Notes: a model not told the origin generated them from the sequence alone. 32,000 nucleotides of DNA from Cylindrospermopsis raciborskii Cr2010 (GCF_003367075.2 NZ_CP065936.1:3480001-3512000), one strand, 5' to 3'. Positions 16,336 to 27,386 are shown, counted from the first letter of the stretch. Made by a program: numbers and translations.

Positions 16336-19300
16336 TCAGTTCGGTTTTTTCAACTTTGAATTTTGTAGGAGGTTAGCTTTCTCTTCCGGTGTCATAGATT
16401 TAATTCGTAAAAAGGCCTTAGCAATTTTTTCAGTGTTACCCAACTTGGTTTCTTTCTCAATTAGGAGAAGTGCTATTTTCTCAATAGTTACCGCATCAAA
16501 GAGTTCTCTTAATGCCAAGTCAATCCCAAACACCTTTTTGATGTATCCATGAAATTGCCCTGCTAATAAAGAATGTCCCCCTAAATGGAAGAAGTTGTCT
16601 TGCACACCCACTTTCTCTACCTTCAATAATTCTTGCCACATAAGTACTAGTACCTCTTCAATAGCGTTTCTAGGTGGTAACCAATCTCTATGTTCCCTTT
16701 TGTAATTTGGCATAGGTAAGGCGCGACGATCAATCTTATTGTTGTCAGTAAGAGGAACTTGATCAATAAATACCCAAGCTGAAGGTATCATATATTCAGG
16801 CAAATACTTGTTTAGGTATAAGCGAAGATCCTCTATTGTTGGCGGTTGGGTTATGGAGACCACATAAGCAACTAATCGTTGGTCAGCGGGAGTGTCACCA
16901 ATTGCTTGGACAATAGCCTGAGTAATAGCGGGATGGCTGGATAAAATGGTCTCAATTTCTCCCAGCTCAATGCGATAACCACGTATTTTTACTTGGTAGT
17001 CTATTCTGCCTAAAAACTCAATTTCCCCATTTGATAACCGTCGAGCTAGGTCTCCAGTACGGTATAAACGCGATCCTGGCTCTTGGGCAAAGGGATCGGG
17101 AATAAATTTTGTTGATGTGAGTGTGGGGTTGTTTCTATAACCTCTCGCTAGTCCTAGACCACCAATATACAATTCTCCCACAATTCCTTCCGGTAGTAGG
17201 TTCAAACCATTGTCTAGAATGTATAAAGATGTGTTGGCAATTTCTCGACCAATAGAAATTACATCTTTGGACCTTTCCAGTTGTTTAACGCTTGACCAAA
17301 TTGTGGTTTCTGTGGGACCATAAACATTCCAGAGGTTTATATTCAATTGCAAAAGCACAGTTGCCAATTCGCGTGGTATAGCTTCTCCCCCACACAGGGC
17401 ACAAAACTGATTCTTGGGTTGCCAACCCGCTGTTAATAGCAGTTTCCAAGTGGTGGGAGTTGCCTGCATAATTGTAGCTTGGCTTCGCTCTAACAAATCA
17501 GCCAGTTTAAATCCATCCTGGGCTGTTTCTTGGTTGGCAATAACTAATTTTGCTCCACTAATTAAGGGCAAAAATAGTTCTAATCCTGCAATGTCAAAGG
17601 ATATGGTTGTCACCGCCACTAATGTATCTGTACTACCTGGTTGTAGCTGATTCCTAAAACTAAGTAGGCAATTCACTAGGGATTGATGATTAATTTGTAC
17701 TCCCTTCGGTTTACCCGTAGACCCAGATGTATAAATGATGTAGGCTATACTGGCTAAATCTAATGGTCTCGGTTGAAAGGAAACAGCTATTTCTTCTTGT
17801 AGTATTGGTTCTAATAGCAATACCCTAGCAGAAGATTTAGGCAATCGAGAAACAATAGAAGATTCAGTTAGTATTATTGTTGCTTGGCTATCATTAATTA
17901 TCCATTCCAGGCGATTTATTGGGAAAGCTGGATCTATTGGTAAGTATGCAGCTCCAGCTTTTATAATTCCTAACAGTGCGGTTACTAAACCTGCATGGCG
18001 ATCCACGCACACCCCCACTAATGTTTCTTGCGTGACCCCTAACTCTACTAGTGCTTGGGCAATTTTATTGGCTTGATCATTCAATTCGCCATAAGTTAAC
18101 CATTTTTCACCTTCAAGAATTGCAGGGGACTTAGCATTCTCTGACACCTGTTGGTTAAACAGATCCGCTAGAGTCGCAACTGGTGGTTGATGCTTAATAG
18201 GTATGAGTGGGAAGGTGGGTAAACATATCTCGCCAAGAAATCTCGGTGATTTGGTCGCCAAGGTGTTTAATATATCTGTAACATGTTGTAATAATTGTTG
18301 CCGCTCCTTGGTGGTTCCTATTTTTTGGAAGGCAATTTTTAAGGTTAAATCTTTTCCTGGTAACGCGTAAAGACTTATGGGGTAATGATTTTTTTCTAGT
18401 GATTCTACATCGCTAATTATTAAATCATCATTATGGTTGCGTATTTTTTCACCTACAGGGTAGTTTTCATACACCACGATGGACTCAAATAGTGATTCAC
18501 CTCTATTTATGTTACTCCAACCTTGTATATCCACCAAAGAACTATAGGAGTGTTCACTAATAGATAAAATGCGATCGCTTAATTCTTTTAACCATGTTCC
18601 TACTAGTTTGTCTGGCTCACATTTGAGATGTAAGGGTAGAGTATTAATAAATAAACCCACCATCTGTTCAAAACCAGATAATTCCGTAGGTCTTCCGGAA
18701 ACTGTCACACCAAATATAACTTCATTACTACCGCTATATTTGCTGATTAAAATTGCCCAGGCTGCATTTATTAAGGTACTGACAGTAACCAGGTGTTTAT
18801 TTGCATAGTTTTTGAGCTGGGCATAAACTTCCGGTTGTAGAGTAGTTTGTACAACCTGATAATCTTCTCCATTATCTAATGGATTGCTGGTTAATCCTAT
18901 TTTAGTTACAGAGTCTAAACCCGCTAATTGATCGCGCCAAAAAACCTCTGCTTGCTCAATTGGCTTTTGATTTAACCAGACAATAAAATCCCGATAATTA
19001 GGGACTGGTGGCCACTTCAAAAATTGATGCTTTTGCTCTGCTTGGTAAAAGGAAATAACATGTTGAAAAACTAATGGCAAGGACCACCCATCTATTAATA
19101 CGTGATGGTGTGTCCAACAAAATCGCCATTTTGCCTTGTCAGTTTTTACCAAAATTAACCTCATCAAGGGTGCCCTTTCAGTTGACAAACCCTGTTGACG
19201 ATCTTCCATTAATAAATCTGACCATTTTTGCTCCCAGTCATCAGTACCGCACCAATCTTGATAAACAAAAGGCAAATTCACGCTGCTATGTACTCTAGCT

Positions 19301-22300
19301 AAAGGACGGGGAAGGGACTGCCAAATGTAGGATGTGCGCAGGATAGAATGATGATTAATGCAGTTTTCCCAAGCTGACTTAAATATTTCCACATTTAAGT
19401 CTCCCGTGATTTTGCCTGTTACTTGTTGTAGATAAATGTCTTTTTCAATTTCATAGTTAGTATGAAAAATAATACCCTCTTGAACTGGTGCAAGAGGATA
19501 GATGTCTTGCAAATCACTTATTCCACTAACAGCAATATTTAATTGTTCCTGATTTAAATTAGCCAAGGGAAAATCTTCGGGATTCCAACGGACAAGTTTT
19601 TGTTCGCTACCCATTAACAAGTTACGTAAACATTGTTGATAGGTATGCAGCAAATTACGAATAGTTTGTTCCCGGTGTAAGTTGGTGCTAAAACCAAAAC
19701 GTATTTCCAGTTTCCTATTCACAATGAGACCAGTTATTTCCAATTGGAAGGTACGTTGATTTTCAGGATGTCGAGAAATCCCCGAATCTTGTGCTGCTGG
19801 TGTGAAGGGTGCATCAGCTGGAATTTGCTCATCAAACTGTCCCAAATAGTTAAAGATAATTCCTTGGGGGATGGGAGGCAAAATTTCCCCATGTTCCGGT
19901 TTTTGACTGAGAATACCGTAGGATAACCCATTGTTAGGTATTCCATTTAGCTGTTCCTTAATACCAGACAAGTTATCTAAGACATTGGAATTTACAGTTG
20001 TTATTCTAAAGGGGAAAAGGGAAGTAAACCACCCGACAGAGTCAGATATATCCAGGTCTAAACTACTTCCTCGACCATGAGTTTCTAAAGCAATAACTAT
20101 TTCCGATCTCCCAGTCCATTCTCCTAGTGTTGTTGCGAGTGCTGTAAGTAAAATTTCTTGAATGCCCACTTTACGGGTACGGGAAATTTCCAACAACATT
20201 TTATTAGTTTCTGTTTCTGTGAGAGCAAACTCAACTTGAGCAGCTGAATTTTCTTTGTTATCTGCTATTTTTTCAGGAAAATCTAGGGGTAGAGTAAAGT
20301 CACGGACTGCTTGTTTCTGCCAAAATTCCAGATCTACTTCCCAGACAATATGGCTCATGTTGTGTAGATAACTACTCCACTGGGGAAAACTCACACTTGG
20401 CTTCGATTGAAAAGAAGCTAAGGAAGATAGGGATTGATTTTGAGTAACATTTCTCATACTCCCAACCAGATCCTGTAAAATTACACGCCAAGACACACCA
20501 TCAACGATGAGGTGATGAATAATTAATAGTATTTTATCAGGTGTAGTTGCTGCTGTTTGAAAATAAACTACACGGAATAACTTCCCAGTTTCCAGGTTCA
20601 ATTGTCCCTGAAACTGTGTAGCTAGGGTTTGGAGGTGGGTAGATAATTCAATTTCTGGAATATCCGTTAGATCAACAACGTCCACATTTAAATGCTGACT
20701 ATCATTATCCAATTCTTGTATCCATCCCTTTTCTGTTTGACGGAATTTTAATTTGAAAGCGGGATGTTTGCCCATTATTTGATTAACAGCTTTTTGTAAA
20801 TCTCCAGTAGTAATCTGTGCTTTTACATCCAACAAAACTGCTTGATTCCAATAATGGGGATGTGGTAGGGATTGCTTAAAAAACCATTCTTGAATAGGGG
20901 TTAACGGAATTTCTCCTGTTTCAACAGTTGGCAGTTGAGAAAAGTTATCTTCTTTCCTTACATGATTTGCTAAATCGGCTACCGTAGGGTATTTGAACAG
21001 ATCTTGGGCCGTGAAATAAATACCCAAGTCTCTGGCTTTGGCAATAATTTGTAGCCCGATAATTGAATCACCACCCAACTCAAAGAAGCTTTCACGAGTA
21101 CCCAAGCGAGGTAATCTTAACACCTGTTGCCAGAGTTTAGTTAATATTTTTTCAGTTTCGCTTTCGGGGGGAACATATTCTTGAGATACTGTTGTTTCTA
21201 CAACTTGTGGATCAGGTAAAGAATTAATATCAATTTTTCCATTGGGTAACAATGGCCAACTATCAATACTAATAAATAAGTTAGGAATCATATATTCCGG
21301 TAAAATCTGTCCCAATTCCAGGCGCAGAATTTTTTGCCAATTGTTCGGTGTATTTAACCGAGGTTGTACATAAGCTACCAGATAATTTGATCTGTCGGAC
21401 CTGGAAATTTGGGAATCAGAAATTACTTTAACTAATGCACGATTCACCCAAGATTGTGCCTCTAATGCGGCAACAATTTCACTAGTTTCAATGCGGAACC
21501 CGCGTACTTTTATTTGTTGATCTATACGTCCGAGAAACTCTATATTACCACCCGGTAAATAACGAGCACGATCTCCTGTATCATACATTCTCTGTCCTGG
21601 GACAAAAGGATCGGGTAAAAATCTTTCCGCAGTCATTCCTGGTGCGTGCCAATAACCACGCGCCACTTGGGATCCTGACACGAAGATATTCCCTGGTGTT
21701 CCTATGGGTACAGGTTGGAGTAAGGAGTTGAGAATATATAATTTCACATTGGTAACTGGTTGACCCAAGGGAATCTGGTCAAGATTGGCAATATTGTCAT
21801 TTTCTTGACAGTTGTGGAAGGTAATGTCAATTGTGGTTTCCGTGGGCCCGTAAAGATTAATTAGAGGAATAGGTAATTTTTCCTGAAACTTCTGCCAAAC
21901 TCTGTTTTTGAGAACCTCACCACCACTAAATACCAACCTCAAACTGCTACAATGCTCTAGTTCGGGATCACCCAAAACTACTTCCAGCAAACTGGGTACT
22001 AATTGGAACAAGGTGACTTTTTCTTGTTGTATAGTTCTGACCAAGTATGCTGGATCTTGGTGTCCTCCTGGTTTAGCCATCACCAGTTTTCCACCTACCA
22101 TCAATGGTGTCCAAAATTCCCAAACGGAAGCGTCAAAACTGAAGGGGGTTTTTTGTAGGACTATATCAGTATTAGTTACACTGAACTTGTCTAAAAACCA
22201 GGTTTGATGGGATACTAAAGCTCCGTGGGAAATGGCTACTCCCTTGGCTTTACCAGTAGATCCGGAAGTAAAAATAATGTAGGCAATATTATCAGGAAAA

Positions 22301-25300
22301 ACGGGAACATTTAAATTTTCCTGAGAATGCTCCTCAATTTCTCGGTGTTGAGTGTCAACAAAAACGGTTTTGTGGGAATTTTGATGGTAATTGACTTTTA
22401 AATCTGAACGAGTCAGGAGCAAATCAAGGTTCGCACCTTCTAACATAGATTGGACTCGGGCGCTTGGGTAATGGGGATCTATGGGAACATAACAACCACC
22501 TGCTTTCATTACCCCCAACATGGCACAAACCATATCTAGAGAACGTTCCAAACAAATACCTACAGGTTTTTCTTGGGTTATACCTTGGGACTGCAAGAAA
22601 TGTGCCAGCTGATTAGCTTTTTGATTTAACTGCTCGTATGTCCAACTTTCCCCCTCATAAATAACTGCTATCTCTTTGGGACTGACTGCTGCTTGTTGAG
22701 CAACAATTTGATGAACTGGTGTAATTGTTGAACTAGAAGTTGATAGTTGTTTCTCATAAATAAATTCCTGTGGCGCTAATGAAAATTCCCTATTTTCCAC
22801 ACAGTTTTCACTCACCAGTTCTGAGCAAAGCTGATAGTAATTAGCAATATTATCAACTTGGTCTTGAGTAAATTCAGCATGGCTATAGGCAATATTCAGG
22901 CTTATATTAGCCGATGCAACTTCCTGGTTCCAAGTAACCGCAAAGGGGATATTGGTTTCTTCAAAAGATGTTGATTTTAATAACTCTACCTCACGCCAAT
23001 TTAATAATCCTTGGTAAACATGAAAATGAATGAAATTCAAGGATGTTTCATATAGGGGAAGACCACCATTTAGTCTTTGCACTTCTGGTAGAGGAAATCG
23101 ACGATTTGCTACTAATGCTTGTTCAGCTAACCATGTTGCCTTAATCAAATCTACCCAAGAACCATGAGGTAGTCGTAACCGTAATGGTAAGGTATTTAAG
23201 AATAGACCCAAAACTTGGTCGCCATCTGTTGTGTCAGGTCTACCATTACTAACTAATCCTGTCACTATTTCTTCATCTCCTGAAAACACAGACAGAATGT
23301 GTAAATGTATTGCCAACAATACAGTTCTCAACGGTACGCCTAATTGGTGAGCCACATCTTTTAAACCTTGGGAAGTTGTCTGTGATAAGGTGATATCAAC
23401 TTTTCCAATGGTGGGGTGCATTTTGGGAAGGTTTTTTCTTGGTAAGCGAGGCAATTTAGTCAAGGGAATATCTTCTAGCTGTTGTTGCCAAAATTCCCTT
23501 TGTTTTTTATCTTGTAAAGCTTCTTGTTCCAAGGCAATAAACTGGGAATATTCCAAACCGGTTTGAGGTGATAAACTGGGGACACCTCTACCCATTAAGT
23601 GTAAGTATAAACCTGTTAAGTCAGTTAAAAATTGCGCCAAACTCCAACCGTCCATAATGGCATGATGGAACACTAAGGTAGCCTCAACTACATCCTCACT
23701 TAACTGATGAATAAAAAACCGAATTAATGGTGGATTTTTGTAATTAAAACGACTTTGTTGTTCTCCCTCAATAAAGACTCTAAGATAATCATCTTGTGCA
23801 GATGGGGATAAATTAGTGAGGTTTTTAAAAATAACCCTTCCCGATACATCTTTAATAATTGCTTGTAAAGGTTGACTAAATTCTCCCAGAAAAAATGCCG
23901 TCCTCAGCACTGGATGTCTGGTAAACATCTGACTATAAGCCTGTTCCCAAACTTGTAGATTAAAAGGTATGCGAATGCGGAAGCTAAAAAGATCTTGATA
24001 AGTTGTAGAAGTTTGGGAATATTCAGTGTGAAACCACATTCCTGCTTGTAATTGTGCCAACGGATAAGCATCATCGGCTATATTGGTGAGTTTCTCTCTA
24101 TCTTCAGTAGCAATTAAACCAAATGGTTCCTGATAATAATCCTGTTTTTTTCCACCAGATAGTGGTTGTAAGGTTGTTTCCAAATCCGTTGCTAGATCTG
24201 CTAGAATGGGATGGGTAAATATATGCTCAATCTTCAGGTTGAAACCTGCTGCTTGGGCTAGAGAACAAACTCGAATACTACGGATTGAATCCCCACCTAA
24301 AACAAAATAATTATCAAATCTACCAACTCTCTCAACTCCTAAAACTTGCTGCCAAATGGATGCCAACTTCCGCTCAATTTCTGTCTCTGGTGCAGCAAAT
24401 TCAATCCCTATATTTTCCCTTTTCATCTCGGGAATAGGTAAAGATTTTCTATCTATCTTACCGTTAGCAGTTAGGGGAAACTTATCCAGATAAACAACCT
24501 GGGAAGGGATCATGTAGTCAGGTAAAGACCGTTGTAGATGATCGCGGATATCTTTGATAGTCGGTTGTTTTTCAGGAGAGCAAACTAAATAGGCAATTAA
24601 CCGATTCTCACCTGTTTCTATGTCAGTTGTAACCAGGACAATATTTTCATGAACATCAGAAATCTCAGCCAGGACATTTTCAATCTCCCCAATTTCAATC
24701 CGGAAACCCCGGATTTTCACTTGGTAATCTATGCGTCCTAAATATTCTAAATCCCCATTAGGAAGGAATCGACCCAGATCCCCTGTGCGATAGAGACGGC
24801 AATTCGGTCTAAATCTGGCCTCTATAAATCTTTCTGCTGTTAATTCTGGACGGTTCAAGTAACTATGGGCAACTCCCGCTCCACCAATATACATTTCCCC
24901 AATTACCCCTGTTGGTAGCAGGTTGCCATCAGCATCCAGAATGTAAATATCTAAATCCGGAATTGGTTCACCAATTAAACTACCAGATAAGTTGTCTATA
25001 TCTTGTTTGCTAATTGGTCTATAGGTTACATGAACTGTTGTTTCTGTAATCCCATACATGTTAACCAACCGCGTTTGATTGTCTCCATATTTTTCAAACC
25101 AAGGAGATAAACTCCCCAAATTTAGGGCCTCACCACCGAAAATTACATAACGTAAATTGTCAAGATTACAATTTGAGTCTGCAACTGCTAACAACTGGGC
25201 AAAAGCTGAGGGAGTTTGATTGAGAACTGTAACTTTCTGCTCCTCTAATAATCTCAGAAAAGTTTGGGGATCCCGACTTACGCAATAGGGAACAATTACC

Positions 25301-27324
25301 AATCTACCACCATATAGCAAAGCTCCCCATATTTCCCATACAGAAAAGTCAAAGGCAAAAGAATGGAAGAAAGTCCAAACATCTTGTTGATTAAATTTAA
25401 ACCAATGCTCTGTACTTTTAAATAGCCGGGTCAGATTCTTGTGAGTGACCAATACCCCTTTTGGCTTACCTGTTGAGCCAGATGTATAAATAATATAAGC
25501 CCCTGAATTCGGGGTTACATTGTCTGTGTCTATAGGTTCAGCACTTGTTTTTAAATAAGCTGCATCTTCAACATCTAAACAAACTCGGGTAATACCATTT
25601 GGCAATTCTTGGCTGGTGTTAGTTGTGGTGATAATTACTTCTGCACCACAGTCTGTAATGGTAAATTCAATCCTGTCACGGGGGTAACTCGGATCTACTG
25701 GAACATATATACCCCCTGCTTTCACCACACCTAACATGGAAATGATTAATTCGGGAGTCCGGTCTAAACAAATTACCACTCGTTTCTCACTACCGATTCC
25801 CAGAGATTTTAAATGGCGAGCTATGGCATTAGATCGTTCTTCTAATTCTCGGTATGTCAGTGTTTGATTTTCATAGGTTAAAGCTATACGTTCTGGATAT
25901 TTACTGGCAGTCTCAGCAAACATCTCATTAATAGTAGTATATGAAGAATTAGTTTGTTCTCTTTTGTTTTTTATCTGTTGCTTTTCTTGGTGACTCAACA
26001 AGGATATGTCTTGCAATAACGATTGAGGATGATTCGCCATGTTTAATAATAAATTGCTAAACTGGTCTAGCAATAATTTCATGGTTGTGTCACTAAAACG
26101 ATTCGTATTATAACTTAGTTTAATAGCAATTGTATCACTGGGAATGACAACTAAGGTAATAGGATAATGAGTGGTCTCTAAGAAATGGGACTCTGCTACA
26201 TTTAAACCAAAATCACTAATTTTTAATAACTTATCAACGGGGAAATTCTCAAAAGCTAGCAGGGTTTCAAACATCTCACTTCCTGCGGGAATATCACTCC
26301 ATGCGCGAATATCTGATAAACTTGTGTGTTCAAATTGACGCATTGAAGCTGCCTGGAATTGTAAATTTTGTAACCAAGTATTCAGAGTTTGATCTCCTGA
26401 TATGGCAACCCGGAATGGTAAAGTATTGATGAATGGCCCAATCATTTGTTCTACCCCGGGAATTTCCGGAGGTCTACCAGCAACTGTAATCCCATACACA
26501 ACATCATTACTGCGACTGTAACGGTTGAGCAATATTGCCCAAGCTCCCTGAATTACGGTATTTAGGGTAACGCTACAATTTCGTGCTAATCTCCCTAATA
26601 AATCTGTTATTTCTGGTGATAATTGTTTGGTGATTTCACCACCTTTGAATTTAGGATTTACTCTGCTTTTTGAGGTCATTAGTAAGGGTGTAGCACTTTC
26701 AAACCCTGAGATGTATTGCTGCCAAAAAATTTTGCTCTCTTGCAAATCTTTCCGTTTTAACCAAGCTATAAAGTCTCCGTATGGACGTCTATTTGGTAGG
26801 GCGACTTCTATATTTTCTTTAGCTGCTTTGTGTAAGGTGAGGAATTCCTTAAGCAAGATGGGCCAAGACCACCCATCTAAAATTATATGGTGATGACTCC
26901 ATACCAAATACCATACATCTTCCCTAAAACGAATTAAGGTAACTCGCATCAATGGGGGACGATTCAGAACAAATCCTTTGCGTTTATCTGCTTCTAAAAA
27001 ATCTTGCAGGCGGTGTTTTTGTACGTCATCGCTTAGTCCCCTCCAGTCTTCCTCTTCTATATTAAATTTTAGGTGACGAAATACAACTTGTACAGGCTCA
27101 CTTTGCCCTTTAGTAACGATTGCAGTTCGTAAAATGGCATGACGATCTACCAAAGTCTGCCAAGCTTGACGCACTGCAACTGTAGAAACATCCCCTTCTA
27201 ATCTACAATGTAATTGTTCAAAATATACTCCCGATTCTGGTTCATATATGGTGTGAAATAAAAGTCCCTTTTGTAATGGTGTCAGGGGGAAAATATCTTC
27301 GATTTTGTCTTTGAGTCCAGCCAT
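16336..27324 (-). CDS. Trimodular NRPS, C-A(Thr)-T / C(divergent)-A(Gln)-T-E / C-A(Gly)-T, no release domain (hassallidin hasO-like by predicted substrates)
   Basis: 3662 aa. Core motifs (aa): C1 8-445 (HHHIILDG 144-151). A1 462-965 (AYIIYTSGSTGKPKG 609-623), hand-derived code DFWNIGMVHK. T1 GGDS1013. C2 1085-1515 (HHAIMDG 1220-1226). A2 1535-2035, code DAWQFGLIDK. T2 GGDS2087. E 2135-2575 (HHLIVDGVSWR). C3 2605-3035 (HHHVLIDG). A3 3050-3537, code DILQLGVIWK. T3 GGHS3585. 42-aa tail. Approximate nt blocks: C1 25990-27303, A1 24430-25941, C2 22780-24072, A2 21220-22722, E 19600-20922, C3 18220-19512, A3 16714-18177, T3 16465-16677. Confidence 0.95.
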   Translation of the reverse strand: MAGLKDKIEDIFPLTPLQKGLLFHTIYEPESGVYFEQLHCRLEGDVSTVAVRQAWQTLVDRHAILRTAIVTKGQSEPVQVVFRHLKFNIEEEDWRGLSDDVQKHRLQDFLEADKRKGFVLNRPPLMRVTLIRFREDVWYLVWSHHHIILDGWSWPILLKEFLTLHKAAKENIEVALPNRRPYGDFIAWLKRKDLQESKIFWQQYISGFESATPLLMTSKSRVNPKFKGGEITKQLSPEITDLLGRLARNCSVTLNTVIQGAWAILLNRYSRSNDVVYGITVAGRPPEIPGVEQMIGPFINTLPFRVAISGDQTLNTWLQNLQFQAASMRQFEHTSLSDIRAWSDIPAGSEMFETLLAFENFPVDKLLKISDFGLNVAESHFLETTHYPITLVVIPSDTIAIKLSYNTNRFSDTTMKLLLDQFSNLLLNMANHPQSLLQDISLLSHQEKQQIKNKREQTNSSYTTINEMFAETASKYPERIALTYENQTLTYRELEERSNAIARHLKSLGIGSEKRVVICLDRTPELIISMLGVVKAGGIYVPVDPSYPRDRIEFTITDCGAEVIITTTNTSQELPNGITRVCLDVEDAAYLKTSAEPIDTDNVTPNSGAYIIYTSGSTGKPKGVLVTHKNLTRLFKSTEHWFKFNQQDVWTFFHSFAFDFSVWEIWGALLYGGRLVIVPYCVSRDPQTFLRLLEEQKVTVLNQTPSAFAQLLAVADSNCNLDNLRYVIFGGEALNLGSLSPWFEKYGDNQTRLVNMYGITETTVHVTYRPISKQDIDNLSGSLIGEPIPDLDIYILDADGNLLPTGVIGEMYIGGAGVAHSYLNRPELTAERFIEARFRPNCRLYRTGDLGRFLPNGDLEYLGRIDYQVKIRGFRIEIGEIENVLAEISDVHENIVLVTTDIETGENRLIAYLVCSPEKQPTIKDIRDHLQRSLPDYMIPSQVVYLDKFPLTANGKIDRKSLPIPEMKRENIGIEFAAPETEIERKLASIWQQVLGVERVGRFDNYFVLGGDSIRSIRVCSLAQAAGFNLKIEHIFTHPILADLATDLETTLQPLSGGKKQDYYQEPFGLIATEDREKLTNIADDAYPLAQLQAGMWFHTEYSQTSTTYQDLFSFRIRIPFNLQVWEQAYSQMFTRHPVLRTAFFLGEFSQPLQAIIKDVSGRVIFKNLTNLSPSAQDDYLRVFIEGEQQSRFNYKNPPLIRFFIHQLSEDVVEATLVFHHAIMDGWSLAQFLTDLTGLYLHLMGRGVPSLSPQTGLEYSQFIALEQEALQDKKQREFWQQQLEDIPLTKLPRLPRKNLPKMHPTIGKVDITLSQTTSQGLKDVAHQLGVPLRTVLLAIHLHILSVFSGDEEIVTGLVSNGRPDTTDGDQVLGLFLNTLPLRLRLPHGSWVDLIKATWLAEQALVANRRFPLPEVQRLNGGLPLYETSLNFIHFHVYQGLLNWREVELLKSTSFEETNIPFAVTWNQEVASANISLNIAYSHAEFTQDQVDNIANYYQLCSELVSENCVENREFSLAPQEFIYEKQLSTSSSTITPVHQIVAQQAAVSPKEIAVIYEGESWTYEQLNQKANQLAHFLQSQGITQEKPVGICLERSLDMVCAMLGVMKAGGCYVPIDPHYPSARVQSMLEGANLDLLLTRSDLKVNYHQNSHKTVFVDTQHREIEEHSQENLNVPVFPDNIAYIIFTSGSTGKAKGVAISHGALVSHQTWFLDKFSVTNTDIVLQKTPFSFDASVWEFWTPLMVGGKLVMAKPGGHQDPAYLVRTIQQEKVTLFQLVPSLLEVVLGDPELEHCSSLRLVFSGGEVLKNRVWQKFQEKLPIPLINLYGPTETTIDITFHNCQENDNIANLDQIPLGQPVTNVKLYILNSLLQPVPIGTPGNIFVSGSQVARGYWHAPGMTAERFLPDPFVPGQRMYDTGDRARYLPGGNIEFLGRIDQQIKVRGFRIETSEIVAALEAQSWVNRALVKVISDSQISRSDRSNYLVAYVQPRLNTPNNWQKILRLELGQILPEYMIPNLFISIDSWPLLPNGKIDINSLPDPQVVETTVSQEYVPPESETEKILTKLWQQVLRLPRLGTRESFFELGGDSIIGLQIIAKARDLGIYFTAQDLFKYPTVADLANHVRKEDNFSQLPTVETGEIPLTPIQEWFFKQSLPHPHYWNQAVLLDVKAQITTGDLQKAVNQIMGKHPAFKLKFRQTEKGWIQELDNDSQHLNVDVVDLTDIPEIELSTHLQTLATQFQGQLNLETGKLFRVVYFQTAATTPDKILLIIHHLIVDGVSWRVILQDLVGSMRNVTQNQSLSSLASFQSKPSVSFPQWSSYLHNMSHIVWEVDLEFWQKQAVRDFTLPLDFPEKIADNKENSAAQVEFALTETETNKMLLEISRTRKVGIQEILLTALATTLGEWTGRSEIVIALETHGRGSSLDLDISDSVGWFTSLFPFRITTVNSNVLDNLSGIKEQLNGIPNNGLSYGILSQKPEHGEILPPIPQGIIFNYLGQFDEQIPADAPFTPAAQDSGISRHPENQRTFQLEITGLIVNRKLEIRFGFSTNLHREQTIRNLLHTYQQCLRNLLMGSEQKLVRWNPEDFPLANLNQEQLNIAVSGISDLQDIYPLAPVQEGIIFHTNYEIEKDIYLQQVTGKITGDLNVEIFKSAWENCINHHSILRTSYIWQSLPRPLARVHSSVNLPFVYQDWCGTDDWEQKWSDLLMEDRQQGLSTERAPLMRLILVKTDKAKWRFCWTHHHVLIDGWSLPLVFQHVISFYQAEQKHQFLKWPPVPNYRDFIVWLNQKPIEQAEVFWRDQLAGLDSVTKIGLTSNPLDNGEDYQVVQTTLQPEVYAQLKNYANKHLVTVSTLINAAWAILISKYSGSNEVIFGVTVSGRPTELSGFEQMVGLFINTLPLHLKCEPDKLVGTWLKELSDRILSISEHSYSSLVDIQGWSNINRGESLFESIVVYENYPVGEKIRNHNDDLIISDVESLEKNHYPISLYALPGKDLTLKIAFQKIGTTKERQQLLQHVTDILNTLATKSPRFLGEICLPTFPLIPIKHQPPVATLADLFNQQVSENAKSPAILEGEKWLTYGELNDQANKIAQALVELGVTQETLVGVCVDRHAGLVTALLGIIKAGAAYLPIDPAFPINRLEWIINDSQATIILTESSIVSRLPKSSARVLLLEPILQEEIAVSFQPRPLDLASIAYIIYTSGSTGKPKGVQINHQSLVNCLLSFRNQLQPGSTDTLVAVTTISFDIAGLELFLPLISGAKLVIANQETAQDGFKLADLLERSQATIMQATPTTWKLLLTAGWQPKNQFCALCGGEAIPRELATVLLQLNINLWNVYGPTETTIWSSVKQLERSKDVISIGREIANTSLYILDNGLNLLPEGIVGELYIGGLGLARGYRNNPTLTSTKFIPDPFAQEPGSRLYRTGDLARRLSNGEIEFLGRIDYQVKIRGYRIELGEIETILSSHPAITQAIVQAIGDTPADQRLVAYVVSITQPPTIEDLRLYLNKYLPEYMIPSAWVFIDQVPLTDNNKIDRRALPMPNYKREHRDWLPPRNAIEEVLVLMWQELLKVEKVGVQDNFFHLGGHSLLAGQFHGYIKKVFGIDLALRELFDAVTIEKIALLLIEKETKLGNTEKIAKAFLRIKSMTPEEKANLLQNSKLKKPN

Positions 27325-27386
27325 GAAATTTTACCTTTTTTTGATTTATTTAAATGGGCTTTTTATTTATCTACAGGAGGTTTTAA

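Noticed and set aside
16339-16464. C-terminal tail of the trimodular NRPS as a truncated thioesterase
   Set aside because: It is only 42 residues with no GxSxG motif, far too short for a TE or reductase remnant. A docking helix is more plausible.
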